NCBI GenBank assembly: GCA_038562165.1
Contig: JBCFAO010000017.1
Span: 1,658-65,657, forward strand
Direction: 5' to 3'
Length of the DNA stretch: 64,000 bases
From: Clostridiales bacterium
GTDB taxonomy: Bacteria; Bacillota; Peptococcia; DRI-13; UBA5745
Under the pieces are notes generated by a model, which searched no databases, was not told the DNA's origin, and worked only from the letters and a program-made list of their open reading frames with translations. Both the position numbers and the translations under genes were made by a program. This document shows, in pieces, positions 54,891 through 64,000 of the stretch. Each line of letters begins with the position of its first letter. The first letter of the stretch is position 1.

Positions 54891-55963
54891 CAGGACACCT
54901 CCCGGCGTTCTTTCAAGATCAAGTGAATGAAAATGGGGACGCCCAGAAAAGAAACCACAATTCCTACCGGCACATTGACCGGGGAAAGAATGATCCGGCC
55001 AATAGTATCGCCTGTCAGCACAAGAAGGGCGCCGCTGAGAGCCGAGAAGGGCAACAAGAAACGGTGGTCGCTGCCGATCAGCAGCCGGGCAATATGAGGT
55101 CCGGCCAGGCCCACGAAGCCAATCACCCCGGTAAAGCTGATGATGGAGGCGGTGAGCAATACAGATAAAAAGCCGACGCCGATGCGAACAAAAGCGGGAG
55201 AAACGCCGAGGCTGCGGGAAACATCATCATCGCCCCCTGCCAGAGTATTAAGGGGTTGGGCAAAGCTATAAATTCCGGCCAGGCAGGGCAGGGAAAACAG
55301 CAGAACCACCAGAACCTGGGGCCAGGTTGCGCCGTTTAGGCTGCCAAACAGCCATTGCACGGCTGCCGCCAACTGATAATCGTTGGCAAAGAACTTCACC
55401 ACGCTGTCGCAGGCATTGAAAAGGTAGTTGGTTGCAATGCCGGTGAGAATAATCGATTCCGGGCTCATGCCTGCACGGCTGGCGATAAAATATACACCGG
55501 CAGCACAAAGCAGGGACCAGGCGAAGGCGCTGATGACAATGCCGGTATTGGTGTCGCCCAGGGGTCCCACACCATAAACGATAGATAAGGAGGCGCCGAA
55601 AGCTGCCGCCGAGGAAATGCCTACGGTAAAGGGGCTTACCAAGGGGTTGCGGGTGACGCCTTGCAGGGCGGCGCCGGATACCGATAAACCGGCCCCGCAT
55701 AAAATAGCCAGGCAGATACGGGGCAGCCGCAGCAGCAGCACAATTTTTTGGTTGGCGTTTTCCAGCCGGCCGCCATGGAAAAAAGCTCCCCGCAGAGCGC
55801 CGAAAATGTCTGAGGGCGTAGCGTCGGCAGTGCCCACCGCCGTGAACCAAAGGCCGCATACCAGAACCAGCAGGCTGCAAAACAGCAGAAGCAGCACGGC
55901 TTTGCGGCTGCTCCTGCGATATTCTTGTTCCAGGGGGTGTTGGGAAAGCAAGGGCTTTTTCAT
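54890..55963 (-). CDS. btuC: FecCD-family permease (BtuC-like)
   Basis: 357 aa polytopic protein with FecCD-type strings (LRLPRICLAILCGAGLSVSGAALQG, GPHIARLL). Confidence 0.75.
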   Translation of the reverse strand: MKKPLLSQHPLEQEYRRSSRKAVLLLLFCSLLVLVCGLWFTAVGTADATPSDIFGALRGAFFHGGRLENANQKIVLLLRLPRICLAILCGAGLSVSGAALQGVTRNPLVSPFTVGISSAAAFGASLSIVYGVGPLGDTNTGIVISAFAWSLLCAAGVYFIASRAGMSPESIILTGIATNYLFNACDSVVKFFANDYQLAAAVQWLFGSLNGATWPQVLVVLLFSLPCLAGIYSFAQPLNTLAGGDDDVSRSLGVSPAFVRIGVGFLSVLLTASIISFTGVIGFVGLAGPHIARLLIGSDHRFLLPFSALSGALLVLTGDTIGRIILSPVNVPVGIVVSFLGVPIFIHLILKERREVS

Positions 55964-55966
55964 GGC

Positions 55967-57079
55967 TTAGGAAAGATTCTTGGCGGCAAAGAAATGGCCT
56001 TCAATGTTTTCAAAACCTTGGAAGTCTTCCATCCAGGCCCGGAAGATTTCATCGGGGTCCAAATCAGGCAGCAGATCAGGATAGACCCATTTGGCGATGT
56101 AAGCCGCACCCACCAGCTTGGAAGCGCCGCCGTGGCTAAACTGAGTCATCAGGAAGATATTGTTGTTTTCTACGGCAGGGATTTCATCCCAACCCGGACG
56201 GCTTTTGATTTCGGCAACGGTGTCGATAAATTGCTGCTTTGCCGGGGGATGATAGAGGCCGGTTCCCTGCAGGGCCTGAGCCGGGGTGATCAGTTTGACA
56301 ATGCAGTCTGGCTTGCGCACAATCACTTCTTCGGGATCCACTTCACTGGCGTTGATGGTATCGATATTTTCGCTGAAGATGTTGTAAGCGTGGGAGGCTA
56401 CGCTCATGCCGTAAAAAGCATTGCCGGGAACCACCGTGGAGTAATTGGTGGTAGTCTCCAGATACATGCTGCGCTGAGGCTGATTCTTTAGCTGAGTTTC
56501 GATATAAACTTGAATATCATTAAAATAATTGTAGAATTTTTGAGCAGATTCTTCGACGCCAAACATGACGCCGATATTATTGCATTGATTTTTGAAATCA
56601 GCGGTATCGTAACCGGAGATGACAAATACCTTGATGCCGAAGGGCCCTAATTTTTCTTCGGCCTCCGTCACGCTGCCGTTGTCGGGGAGAATCAGCACCT
56701 GAGGATTCAGCTCTACGATTTTTTCATAATTCAGCTCCGTCTGGCCTTTGCCAATAACGTTGTCGGGGTCAAACATACCCCAATAATCCCGGTCCTGGGC
56801 CGTATTCGTATCCACGGCAATGACCCGGTCAATGGCGCCGCAGGCCCGGATCAATTCGCTGTTGTACCGGTTGGCCACTACGGCGGTTTTTACGGGATAG
56901 GGCAGCTCCACCTGGCGGCCCATGTTGTCGGTGAGGGTGATGGTTTCATTGCCGGCAGGGGCCCCGGTGGGCTGAGAGCTCTGGGGCTCCGTTGGGGCGG
57001 CAGGCTGGCCGGCGCCGCAGCCCGGTAAAAGCAGGGCCAGGCACAACAAGATGCTGAGGGAAAGTATAATACGTTTCAT
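55967..57079 (-). CDS. btuF: periplasmic-binding-protein-type lipoprotein (BtuF/FepB-like, class 8 SBP)
   Basis: Lipoprotein signal (LLLPGCGA). First gene after the cobalamin riboswitch. Confidence 0.7.
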   Translation of the reverse strand: MKRIILSLSILLCLALLLPGCGAGQPAAPTEPQSSQPTGAPAGNETITLTDNMGRQVELPYPVKTAVVANRYNSELIRACGAIDRVIAVDTNTAQDRDYWGMFDPDNVIGKGQTELNYEKIVELNPQVLILPDNGSVTEAEEKLGPFGIKVFVISGYDTADFKNQCNNIGVMFGVEESAQKFYNYFNDIQVYIETQLKNQPQRSMYLETTTNYSTVVPGNAFYGMSVASHAYNIFSENIDTINASEVDPEEVIVRKPDCIVKLITPAQALQGTGLYHPPAKQQFIDTVAEIKSRPGWDEIPAVENNNIFLMTQFSHGGASKLVGAAYIAKWVYPDLLPDLDPDEIFRAWMEDFQGFENIEGHFFAAKNLS

Positions 57080-57225
57080 GAATTTTCTCCTTTTTGCGTT
57101 TCATTCTATTGATGATGTGGGGAAATAGAAATCATTGTCTCGTTGCCTTTCTGAAAAGTCTTTGACCACCTCCTTGCAGGTACGGCGGCAAAAGGGCACA
57201 GCAAGACTATAAAATAGGCGTTAAG

Positions 57226-57468
57226 ACAAAAAACCGGGGGTCAGAATACCCCCGGTGAACGCAAAAGCCAGCCTGAAATCCCTTCACCACCAAAGGATTT
57301 TTGAGAAACAACCGGCAGATATCCTGACTCAAAGCTTCAAACCTAATCCACAAGCCTTCCCGGAATAATTCCAGTGGCTAAATCTGTGTTTCGTAGCTTT
57401 TACAGTAAAGTGTGCTGTTGCGGATTCTAACCGCATTCCCTATTAATGCCTGTAAGGCAACCGATTGT
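57226..57468 (-). promoter_or_regulatory. cobalamin (B12) riboswitch with a terminator expression platform
   Basis: The minus strand reads AATAGGGAATGCGGTTAGAATCCGCAACAGC ... ACTGTAAAAGC ... GCCACTGG ... CCGGGAAGGC ... AGTCAGGATATCTGCC (B12 box). This is followed by CACCGGGGG-TATTCTGA-CCCCCGGT plus TTTTTT. Confidence 0.85.
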
Positions 57469-57549
57469 TTTTTCTATTTAGTTGTTCCTGCACCAATTAA
57501 ATACCCAATTGCAGTAAATGTCAAGATGGCAATGGGGGGCCAGCGGAGC

Positions 57550-58473
57550 TTAATCGAATTTTTTGAAGAATTCGTAGGCATTATCAAAGAAGATCCGGTC
57601 GGCAAGAGTTTTGCCCAAGCTGGACCGGCAAATGGCGTCATATAAACCGGCCTCATCGGCCACCGACTGCAAGAAGGGCGGAGTTTTGGCGCCGTCAAAG
57701 TCAGAGCCCAGAGCCGGTACTTTATCGCCGGCCAATTCCAGCATACGGTCTATATGGCGGAGCAAATCATCCCAGCCGGCCACTTCGCCATCTTCCTTCA
57801 GGAAGTTGATGTAATAATTTAACCCGATCACACCGCCCATACGTCCGATTTCCCGGATCTGGTCGTCGGTGAGATTGCGCCGGTGATTGCAGACGCTGCG
57901 GCAATTGGAGTGGCTGGCAATGAAAGGCTTAGTGGCCAAGTTTACCGTTTCCCAGAAGGATTTATCGTTGGCGTGGGATACGTCCAAAATAATGCCTAAC
58001 TCTTCCATGCGGCCAATAGCCTGCCTGCCGAAATCCGTAAGACCCCATTCGGTATAGGCGCTGGCCCCGCCGGCCAGTTCATTGGCGCCGTTCCAGGTGA
58101 GGCTGGCCAGGCGGACGCCCCGTTCAGCCATGAGATTGATGCGGTCCAGGTCGCCGGCAAAAATCGAAGAGTTTTCGATGGTCAGCAGGGCAGCCACCTT
58201 ATTGGCAGCAAATGCCTCGTCGATATCTTTGGTTGTCCTGACCTGACAGATCCGGTCCGGCAGCTCCTCCATATTTTGCTGAAAATTGCTGTAAAGCTTC
58301 TCGCCTTCTTCAATAGCCAGCTCCAGCCTGTACCTGTCGTGGATGAACATGGCAAAGCATTGACAATACTGGGAATTTGCCGGCAGGCGATCCAAATCAA
58401 TGTGCCCGGTATTGCCGGCAAAAGAGGTACCCTTTAATAGTGTGTCACAATGCAAATCGAAAATTTTCATCAT
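57550..58473 (-). CDS. membrane-dipeptidase family (peptidase M19) protein
   Basis: The N-terminus MMKIFDLHCDTL is typical. Also contains SLTWNGANELAGG and VSHANDKSF. Confidence 0.8.
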   Translation of the reverse strand: MMKIFDLHCDTLLKGTSFAGNTGHIDLDRLPANSQYCQCFAMFIHDRYRLELAIEEGEKLYSNFQQNMEELPDRICQVRTTKDIDEAFAANKVAALLTIENSSIFAGDLDRINLMAERGVRLASLTWNGANELAGGASAYTEWGLTDFGRQAIGRMEELGIILDVSHANDKSFWETVNLATKPFIASHSNCRSVCNHRRNLTDDQIREIGRMGGVIGLNYYINFLKEDGEVAGWDDLLRHIDRMLELAGDKVPALGSDFDGAKTPPFLQSVADEAGLYDAICRSSLGKTLADRIFFDNAYEFFKKFD

Positions 58474-58678
58474 AGTGTAATCTCCTTTCAGTGGGGACTA
58501 TGGCTATGGTCTTGTGATAACTCCTCATAACTTTATTATATCACACCTGTAGGAAAAACAAACGGCCTATTTCCCGGGCAATATAGAAAAGGCAGACAAT
58601 GGTAGACAGGGAAAGCTCCATAGGGTAAGATAAAAACAGATTATTCAATTGCCTTATTATAATGAAGGGGGAAATCCT

Positions 58679-59182
58679 ATGGAGTTATCGCAAGTTATTA
58701 ACAGCAGAAGAAGTGTTCGCCAATACAAAAGCCAACCCGTAGAGGATGAGAAAATACGGGAGATTATTGAAGCCGGCCGGCGGGCGCCTACATCCAGAAA
58801 CAGCCAAAACTGGTACTGCATCCTTTTGCGCAATCCCCGAATACTCAACCAGCTTGAAGAGGCATTTGCCAAGCAACAATGGATTGTCAGGGCGCCGGCA
58901 ATCATGGTGGTTTGCGGAACCAACAACCGGACAATGATGTGCGGCCAGGCTGCCAATCCTATCGACTGTTCCATTGCCCTGACGCTGATGATGCTGAAAG
59001 CAGCAGAGCTGGGCTTAGGCACCTGCTGGCTGGGTATGTTTGACGCCGGCAAAATCAGAGAGCTGCTGGATATTCCGGCGGCCGATATGATTGTGGCGGT
59101 GACGCCTTTAGGCTATGCCGATGAAGAGCCCCAGGAAAGGCCCCGCAAAGATCTGGCAGAGTTTGTTCGTTATATAGACTAA
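58679..59182 (+). CDS. nitroreductase family protein
   Basis: MELSQVINSRRSVRQY ... APTSRNSQNW is the typical FMN-nitroreductase N-terminus. Start at ATG 58679 after AAGGGGGA. Confidence 0.8.
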   Translation: MELSQVINSRRSVRQYKSQPVEDEKIREIIEAGRRAPTSRNSQNWYCILLRNPRILNQLEEAFAKQQWIVRAPAIMVVCGTNNRTMMCGQAANPIDCSIALTLMMLKAAELGLGTCWLGMFDAGKIRELLDIPAADMIVAVTPLGYADEEPQERPRKDLAEFVRYID

Positions 59183-59215
59183 AAGAATAGAAGGAAACAA
59201 AAGGGGGAGGCAGAT

Positions 59216-60784
59216 ATGATCAACCTGTTGCAGGAAGCAGATGTGGCAATAATCGGCGGCGGCCTGGCGGCTATGGAGGCGGCTTTGGCTGTCAGCGGCG
59301 CAAATCCTGAAGCCAAAGTAGTTCTGCTGTCAAAAAAACCGGTAGGTTTATCCGGAGCCTCCCTGGTAGCCTTGTCGGTGCACCGTTATGCGCCTCAGGA
59401 GCCGGGTTTACGGGAGGATTACGGCCGCAGCTTCCTGGCCTCCAGCCAGGGAGTAGGCGATCCGGCCCTGTTGGAGATTTTGATGGACGAGGGAGCGGCG
59501 GCATTAAAGGGGTTAGAAGAGCTGGGACTGCCCTTGGAATCAAAGGAACTGCCGGCATCAGACGGCAAGATGTACCGCTATCTCAGTTGCTGCCGGCCCA
59601 AATACGGCCGCCGGCTGACGGAGCCTATGCGGGAGTTGCTGCTTTCCCGGCCCCGGGTCAGGGAAGAAGCGGGGTATATGGCGGTGGAGCTGTTAACAAG
59701 GAATGGCGCTGTTTGCGGTGTGCTGGCCGAGCAGGAAGGCCGGTTCTATGTGCAGCCGGCTAAGGCAGTGATTCTGGCCAGCGGCGGCGCCGGGTTCGTC
59801 TACGAAAACACCAGCAATACCAGGGACCTTACCGGGGACGGTTACGGTCTGGCTTTGCGGGCGGGCCTTGCTCTGCAGGACATGGAGTTTGTGCAGTTTT
59901 ATCCTTACCGCATCGCCAGCCCAGGCAGAGCCAATATCTTTCCCGATGTCTTTGATCACGGGGCTGTGTTTCTCAATGAAAAAGGAGAGCGGTTTATGGC
60001 CGGCTTTCCTAAAAAAGAGCAGGAGAACCGGGATGTGCTGGCCCGGCGAATGTTTGCCCAAAAAGAAGTGGTTTTTGATATCAGCGGCGCCGATCAGGAA
60101 TATATCAAAAACGAGTGCAGCGCCGTTTATGACTTGGCCCGGAAGTACCATACCCAACAATTCCTGATGAAGCCGGTGGCCCATTTTATGATGGGGGGTA
60201 TTCCTCTGCAGGCTGACGGCGGCAGCAGCCTGCCGGGCCTGTATTGTTGCGGCGAAGTTACCGGCGGCCTTCATGGCGCCAACCGTATTGCCGGCAGCGC
60301 TCTTACGGAGTGTGCGGTTTTTGGGGCCAGAGCCGGCCGGGCGGCTGCGGCATATGTGAGAGAAAAGGCAGGGAATGAGGCGGCGGGGGCCGAAGGGTCT
60401 GCAGAGCTGGCCTCACAAGCTGCCCGGATAGTTCAGTCTTTCTGCCCGCAGCCGGGCCAAGAGGATACCAGGCCAATCATTGCCGCCCTGCGCAAAACCA
60501 TGTGGGAAAAGGCTTCCCTGATCAGAAGTGAAGCTTCCCTTAAAGAGGCCAAAACCGTAGTGGCGGCTCTGACCGGACAATTAAAAAGCCAAAGGCCCGC
60601 ATCGCTGCGGCTTTGGCTGGAAGCTGGCAATCTGCTGCTGACGGCAGAAGCCATTGTGGACTCGGCCCTTTTGCGGCAAGAAAGCCGGGGGGCTCATTTC
60701 CGGGAGGATTATCCTGCCGCCGACCCGGCTATGGCAGGTAATGTGATCTACCGGCAGGGCAGGGCGGAGTTTATCAAACGATAA
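59216..60784 (+). CDS. FAD-dependent oxidoreductase of the L-aspartate oxidase / succinate dehydrogenase flavoprotein family
   Basis: N-terminal dinucleotide fold (DVAIIGGGLAAMEAAL), GGLHGANRIAGSAL, and ESRGAHFREDYP. Confidence 0.75.
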   Translation: MINLLQEADVAIIGGGLAAMEAALAVSGANPEAKVVLLSKKPVGLSGASLVALSVHRYAPQEPGLREDYGRSFLASSQGVGDPALLEILMDEGAAALKGLEELGLPLESKELPASDGKMYRYLSCCRPKYGRRLTEPMRELLLSRPRVREEAGYMAVELLTRNGAVCGVLAEQEGRFYVQPAKAVILASGGAGFVYENTSNTRDLTGDGYGLALRAGLALQDMEFVQFYPYRIASPGRANIFPDVFDHGAVFLNEKGERFMAGFPKKEQENRDVLARRMFAQKEVVFDISGADQEYIKNECSAVYDLARKYHTQQFLMKPVAHFMMGGIPLQADGGSSLPGLYCCGEVTGGLHGANRIAGSALTECAVFGARAGRAAAAYVREKAGNEAAGAEGSAELASQAARIVQSFCPQPGQEDTRPIIAALRKTMWEKASLIRSEASLKEAKTVVAALTGQLKSQRPASLRLWLEAGNLLLTAEAIVDSALLRQESRGAHFREDYPAADPAMAGNVIYRQGRAEFIKR

Positions 60785-62221
60785 CTAAAACTTGCGGTGG
60801 AAGAGATTGTCAGGGTCCCGAAGATTTTCTACGGTGGCGATGCCCAGATTTTCTAAAAGCTCCAGAACAAAGGGGTTGTCGGCGGGAGTTTCATAAGGAG
60901 CGTCTTTGCTGTAAGCTGTGATTAAAGGCCGGCTGATGTCCCTGGCGGTCAACACTGCCGGGCCGCCGGCGCAGCCGCCGTTGCAGCCCATGCCCTCAAT
61001 AAAGTTGGCCCCTTGGAGGCCTTGTTGTACTTCTTCCAGCAATGCTTTGCAGCCGGCGACACCGTCGGCTTGCTTTGCTTTTAAAGGGATTTTTCTTCCC
61101 GGCCGCAGCCGGCTTAGAGTATCCCGGACGGCTTGGCTGACGCCGCCGCTGACGGCGTAGATTCTGCCGCCGGCGGAGGTGTTTTCCCTGGCATCCGGAG
61201 CAAAATCGGCAGGAATAATCTCTGCCTCCCGGAAAAGCTCCGCCGTTTCCTTAAAAGTGAGAACATGATCGATAGCCCCCGCCAGATCCGGCTCCCGGGC
61301 TTCCGCCTTTTTGGCCAGGCAAGGTCCTACAAAAACGGTTTTGGCTTCCGGCAATAATTGCTTGATTGTGCGTCCGGCAGCGATCATAGGGGAGACGGAA
61401 GGGGGGATATGGGAAATCAGATGAGCATATTTTTTGCGGATCATCGCCAGCCAAACGGGACAGCAACAACTGGTGAGCAGGTAATCCTCCTCATTTTTTA
61501 TGGCTTCATCGAATTCCAAGGCTTCCTTGAGGGTCAGGATATCGGCAAAAAGCGCCACTTCCACCATGCCGGCAAAGCCCAGACTTTTGAAGGCCGCCCG
61601 CAGCCGCCCGGCGCTGTCTTCATCGGTATCTCCGTCAAATTGGCCGATGAAGGCCGGCGCTACTAAAGCATATACGGGAGCGGGCTGCTGCAAAAGCTCC
61701 AATACCGGAAATAAATCTTTGCGGGCAGCCAAATTGCTTCTTAGCTCTCTGATCAACCCGGCGTCCGGTTCTGCGCCTTGTGCGGCGGCAGACTCACCGG
61801 CAGAACCAGCCACAGGCTTTCCGGCAGACCTGCCGGCAGGTTCTGCGTCCGCTTTTCCGGCAGATTCTTCGTCAAGCTCCTGAGAAAACCGGGGGCTAGC
61901 GGCGGCAGAAGGCCTGGTCCGGCAGGCGCAGGCCTCGAGGCAGAGGCCGCAGCCGGTGCAGTGCTGGCCGTCAATAACGCCGTTGTTGTCATCGTCACGG
62001 CTGATGGCGTCAAAGGGGCAAACTGCCTCACAGGGCGCTTGCTTGCCTGTTTTTTCTCCGGACTGTCTGGCATTGTCCGCTTCTTCGCAGTCACAAGGGC
62101 CTTTGCGCCACACCGGCGGCAGATTGCCGGGCTCCAGCAGGCAATTGAGCTGCCGGGGATCGAGAACGTCCTTTACCGTTTTTTCATGGAGGGAATTATA
62201 TAATTTCTCAAGAGTAACCAT
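60785..62221 (-). CDS. [FeFe]-hydrogenase-like protein (ferredoxin-type N-terminus + H-cluster domain) with an Ala/Gly/Ser/Glu-rich linker
   Basis: All three H-cluster cysteine motifs are present: TSCCCPVW, GPCLAKKAE and EGMGCNGGCAGGP. The N-terminus carries CTGCGLCLEAC. Start at MVTLEKL, preceded by GGGGAGG. Confidence 0.7.
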   Translation of the reverse strand: MVTLEKLYNSLHEKTVKDVLDPRQLNCLLEPGNLPPVWRKGPCDCEEADNARQSGEKTGKQAPCEAVCPFDAISRDDDNNGVIDGQHCTGCGLCLEACACRTRPSAAASPRFSQELDEESAGKADAEPAGRSAGKPVAGSAGESAAAQGAEPDAGLIRELRSNLAARKDLFPVLELLQQPAPVYALVAPAFIGQFDGDTDEDSAGRLRAAFKSLGFAGMVEVALFADILTLKEALEFDEAIKNEEDYLLTSCCCPVWLAMIRKKYAHLISHIPPSVSPMIAAGRTIKQLLPEAKTVFVGPCLAKKAEAREPDLAGAIDHVLTFKETAELFREAEIIPADFAPDARENTSAGGRIYAVSGGVSQAVRDTLSRLRPGRKIPLKAKQADGVAGCKALLEEVQQGLQGANFIEGMGCNGGCAGGPAVLTARDISRPLITAYSKDAPYETPADNPFVLELLENLGIATVENLRDPDNLFHRKF

Positions 62222-62249
62222 GGCGCCTCCCCAATTCATTATTTATCGG

Positions 62250-62885
62250 TTAGCTTTCCTCTTTGAATTCCTTCTTATTATATATTATTAAACCTAGGAA
62301 GTAAAAAAGAAACAAAAGCAGCAAAACCGGTAAAAAGGCCAGATAAAAGGGGAGCTCGGATAGATAAAGAGCGATGCCTAACAGAACATCTCTGTGGTTC
62401 ATCGTGAAGATGAAAAAGCCTACGTAAAACAGGATATTGACGATCCTGGCTTTTTGGGTGCCCAGGCAGAGATTAAAGGGCAGCATTATCGACAGATAGA
62501 TAATCCCTACGCCGATGCCCAGCAATATGTTGATAGCCAGGCCCCCGGCAGTAAAATCCGGCGGGGTAAAAAAAGAGGATAGCCAGGCCACAAGGCCCAT
62601 AACTGCGCTGAGAAAAAACAGGAGGCTAAAGCCGAAGAGATAGCTGGAGTTATAAATTTGACTGCGGTTTACCGGCAGGGCGCAATAAAAATGATGGACG
62701 CTGGAGGCCTGGTCATAAGAGAGCACCGAAAAAACGGCGGCGTAAACGCTGATGATGATACCGGCGCTAAAAAGTATAGGGATGACGCTGAAAACCAGAC
62801 TGGCTACGGCAAAGAGCAGCATAGTTCTTTTTAAGGCCAGCAGCTTGATGTAATCGGATTTTACTAAAGAAAATACAGGATTCAT
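62250..62885 (-). CDS. ABC-2-type integral membrane protein
   Basis: 211 aa with about six hydrophobic segments. Its start overlaps the stop of the ABC ATPase gene. Confidence 0.55.
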   Translation of the reverse strand: MNPVFSLVKSDYIKLLALKRTMLLFAVASLVFSVIPILFSAGIIISVYAAVFSVLSYDQASSVHHFYCALPVNRSQIYNSSYLFGFSLLFFLSAVMGLVAWLSSFFTPPDFTAGGLAINILLGIGVGIIYLSIMLPFNLCLGTQKARIVNILFYVGFFIFTMNHRDVLLGIALYLSELPFYLAFLPVLLLLFLFYFLGLIIYNKKEFKEES

Positions 62886-63748
62886 TTTTGCTCACCTCTT
62901 ATATAATTGATAAAAATATCCTCCAGGGCCGGCAGATCATAGACAAAGGCGTCGCCGGCCAAGGCTTGGAAGGCCGGAAAATCCGTAGTCAGACCGGAAA
63001 AACCAAAGCCGTTGTCCTGGATGTTTAGCAGCAGGCTGCGGCAGGCAGCCGTCAGATTTTTGCTGTCTCCTTTAACCAGGCGGTGGGTATCCATCAGCTG
63101 GTCTTTTGGCGTCAGCTCCATCATCAGCTTGCCTTTGTGGATAAAAAGAATGTAGTCGGCGATTTTGTCCAGATCCGAGGTGATGTGGCTGGAAAAGAAA
63201 ACGGTGACGCCCTCCTGCTCCAGCTCCTGCCGCAGAATATCCAGAAATTCCTGGCGGATCAGGGGGTCCAGATTGGCGGTGGGTTCATCCATCAGTAAAA
63301 GCCGGGGATGGTGAGCCAGGGCCAGGCAAAGAGCAAAGACCTTTTGCTGGCCGCTAGAGAGATTTTTGTAAGGCTTTTTGAGATTCAGGTCAAAATAGCG
63401 GATATGGCGTTGAAAGCGTTCCTGGTCCCAACTGGGAAAAAAGGCGCGGTATATAGCTTGAATCTGGGCTAACGTGGCCTGGGGCAGAAAACCGGACCGG
63501 TCTCCCACATAGGCTATTTCCTGTTTAAAGCTTTGGTCTTTTTGCCGGCTGTCCGTACCCAGCAAGGAAATCTTGCCGGCATCGGGAAATAGCCCGTTCA
63601 TCATCAGCTTGATAGTAGTGGTTTTACCGGCTCCATTCTCACCGATAAAGCCGGTGACATAGCCCTGGGGTATGTTAAGACTGGGAATGGATAAATGAAA
63701 ATTGCCCAGGGCTTTTTCAAGACCCCTTATGGTAATGGCATTGGTCAT
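62882..63748 (-). CDS. ABC transporter ATP-binding protein (ABC-2/YtrB-like)
   Basis: Walker A GENGAGKTT, signature LSSGQQKVFALCLAL, Walker B LLLMDEPTANLD. Confidence 0.85.
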   Translation of the reverse strand: MTNAITIRGLEKALGNFHLSIPSLNIPQGYVTGFIGENGAGKTTTIKLMMNGLFPDAGKISLLGTDSRQKDQSFKQEIAYVGDRSGFLPQATLAQIQAIYRAFFPSWDQERFQRHIRYFDLNLKKPYKNLSSGQQKVFALCLALAHHPRLLLMDEPTANLDPLIRQEFLDILRQELEQEGVTVFFSSHITSDLDKIADYILFIHKGKLMMELTPKDQLMDTHRLVKGDSKNLTAACRSLLLNIQDNGFGFSGLTTDFPAFQALAGDAFVYDLPALEDIFINYIRGEQK

Positions 63749-63815
63749 TATGTATACCTGCTTTCTTTTAAATATTTTGCTAAATTTCTTAGTAGGTTTT
63801 TTGTTAGGGCTTTTG

Positions 63816-64000
63816 CTAGACTTCTTGATCCCGGATCAGGCGGCAGACCTCCGACCTGGTGACGCCAGCATCTTCAAAAGAGCGAAGCAATTCCACCAAT
63901 TCTCCTTTCAGCTGAAGCAAATGACTTTCCGTTAAAGCAGCTACTCCATCCACAGAAACAAAGGTGCCTTTGCCGGGAGTGGTAAATAGATAACCTTCTT
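63816..64000 (-). CDS. GntR-family (YtrA-type) transcriptional regulator, C-terminal fragment (5' end beyond window)
   Basis: An open minus-strand frame from the window edge translates to EGYLFTTPGKGTFVSVDG ... CRLIRDQEV, with a stop at 63816-63818. It is absent from the ORF track because no start codon lies in the window. Confidence 0.65.
   Translation of the reverse strand, partial: EGYLFTTPGKGTFVSVDGVAALTESHLLQLKGELVELLRSFEDAGVTRSEVCRLIRDQEV

Noticed and set aside
57412-57698. Two small ORFs (77 aa plus strand, 74 aa minus strand) between the dipeptidase and btuF-like genes.
   Set aside because: The region is occupied by the cobalamin riboswitch and the 3' end of the dipeptidase gene, so these ORFs are incidental.

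Overview
The window is 64 kb of chromosomal DNA. AGGAGG-type ribosome-binding sites, a CIRCE operator, several sigma-54 activators, a [FeFe]-hydrogenase-like gene and a cobalamin riboswitch point to an anaerobic Bacillota (Clostridia-like) organism. This taxonomic guess is inference only. Almost all of it is transport, regulation and metabolism. No phage, transposase, CRISPR-cas or recognisable defence genes were seen.

Layout, in order:
- 1-6652: a sigma-54-controlled operon with RraA-like, Ldh_2, TAXI-TRAP and class V aminotransferase genes.
- 6986-7155: tRNA-Asp and tRNA-Val.
- 7347-16740, minus strand: a nine-kb sigma-54 locus. It holds a membrane-anchored TAXI-like protein, a histidine kinase with a solute-binding sensor domain, an NtrC-type regulator, an orphan TAXI lipoprotein, two TctC genes, TctB and TctA.
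- 16806-21410: a flavodoxin/ferredoxin fusion, an MBL hydrolase, and a VanR/VanS-like pair with a CofE-like gene.
- 21382-23088: a long-form LeuA homologue whose catalytic residues are replaced.
- 23200-29071: a CIRCE-controlled hsp20, then a HlyD/MacB-type exporter with a TolC-like gene.
- 29173-29406: an intergenic array of an 18-23 bp quasi-palindromic repeat.
- 29558-32614: a sigma-54-controlled cysteine-desulfidase-family gene with its own activator.
- 32768-39101: GH25 muramidase, an FAH-family gene, an EPSP-synthase-like plus GcvH-like pair that both lack key lysines, a MocR regulator lacking the PLP lysine, and cysK.
- 39303-44284: a second MacAB-like exporter, then pyrBI behind an attenuator.
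- 44609-54056: a peptide ABC importer with a beta-lactamase-like hydrolase and LdcA, then Lrp and alanine dehydrogenase.
- 54126-57468: a B12-riboswitch-controlled BtuFCD-like importer.
- 57550-64000: a dipeptidase, nitroreductase, NadB-like flavoprotein, and a [FeFe]-hydrogenase-like gene apparently co-transcribed with a YtrA-type GntR/ABC module.

The best candidates for new biology are four:
- the hybrid TAXI/TTT sigma-54 sensing-transport locus;
- the set of catalytically degenerate enzyme homologues (LeuA-like, EPSPS-like, GcvH-like, MocR);
- the phased convergent repeat array at 29.2-29.4 kb;
- the hydrogenase-like gene linked to the ABC module.

All protein calls come from motif recognition by eye. 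No database search was run.
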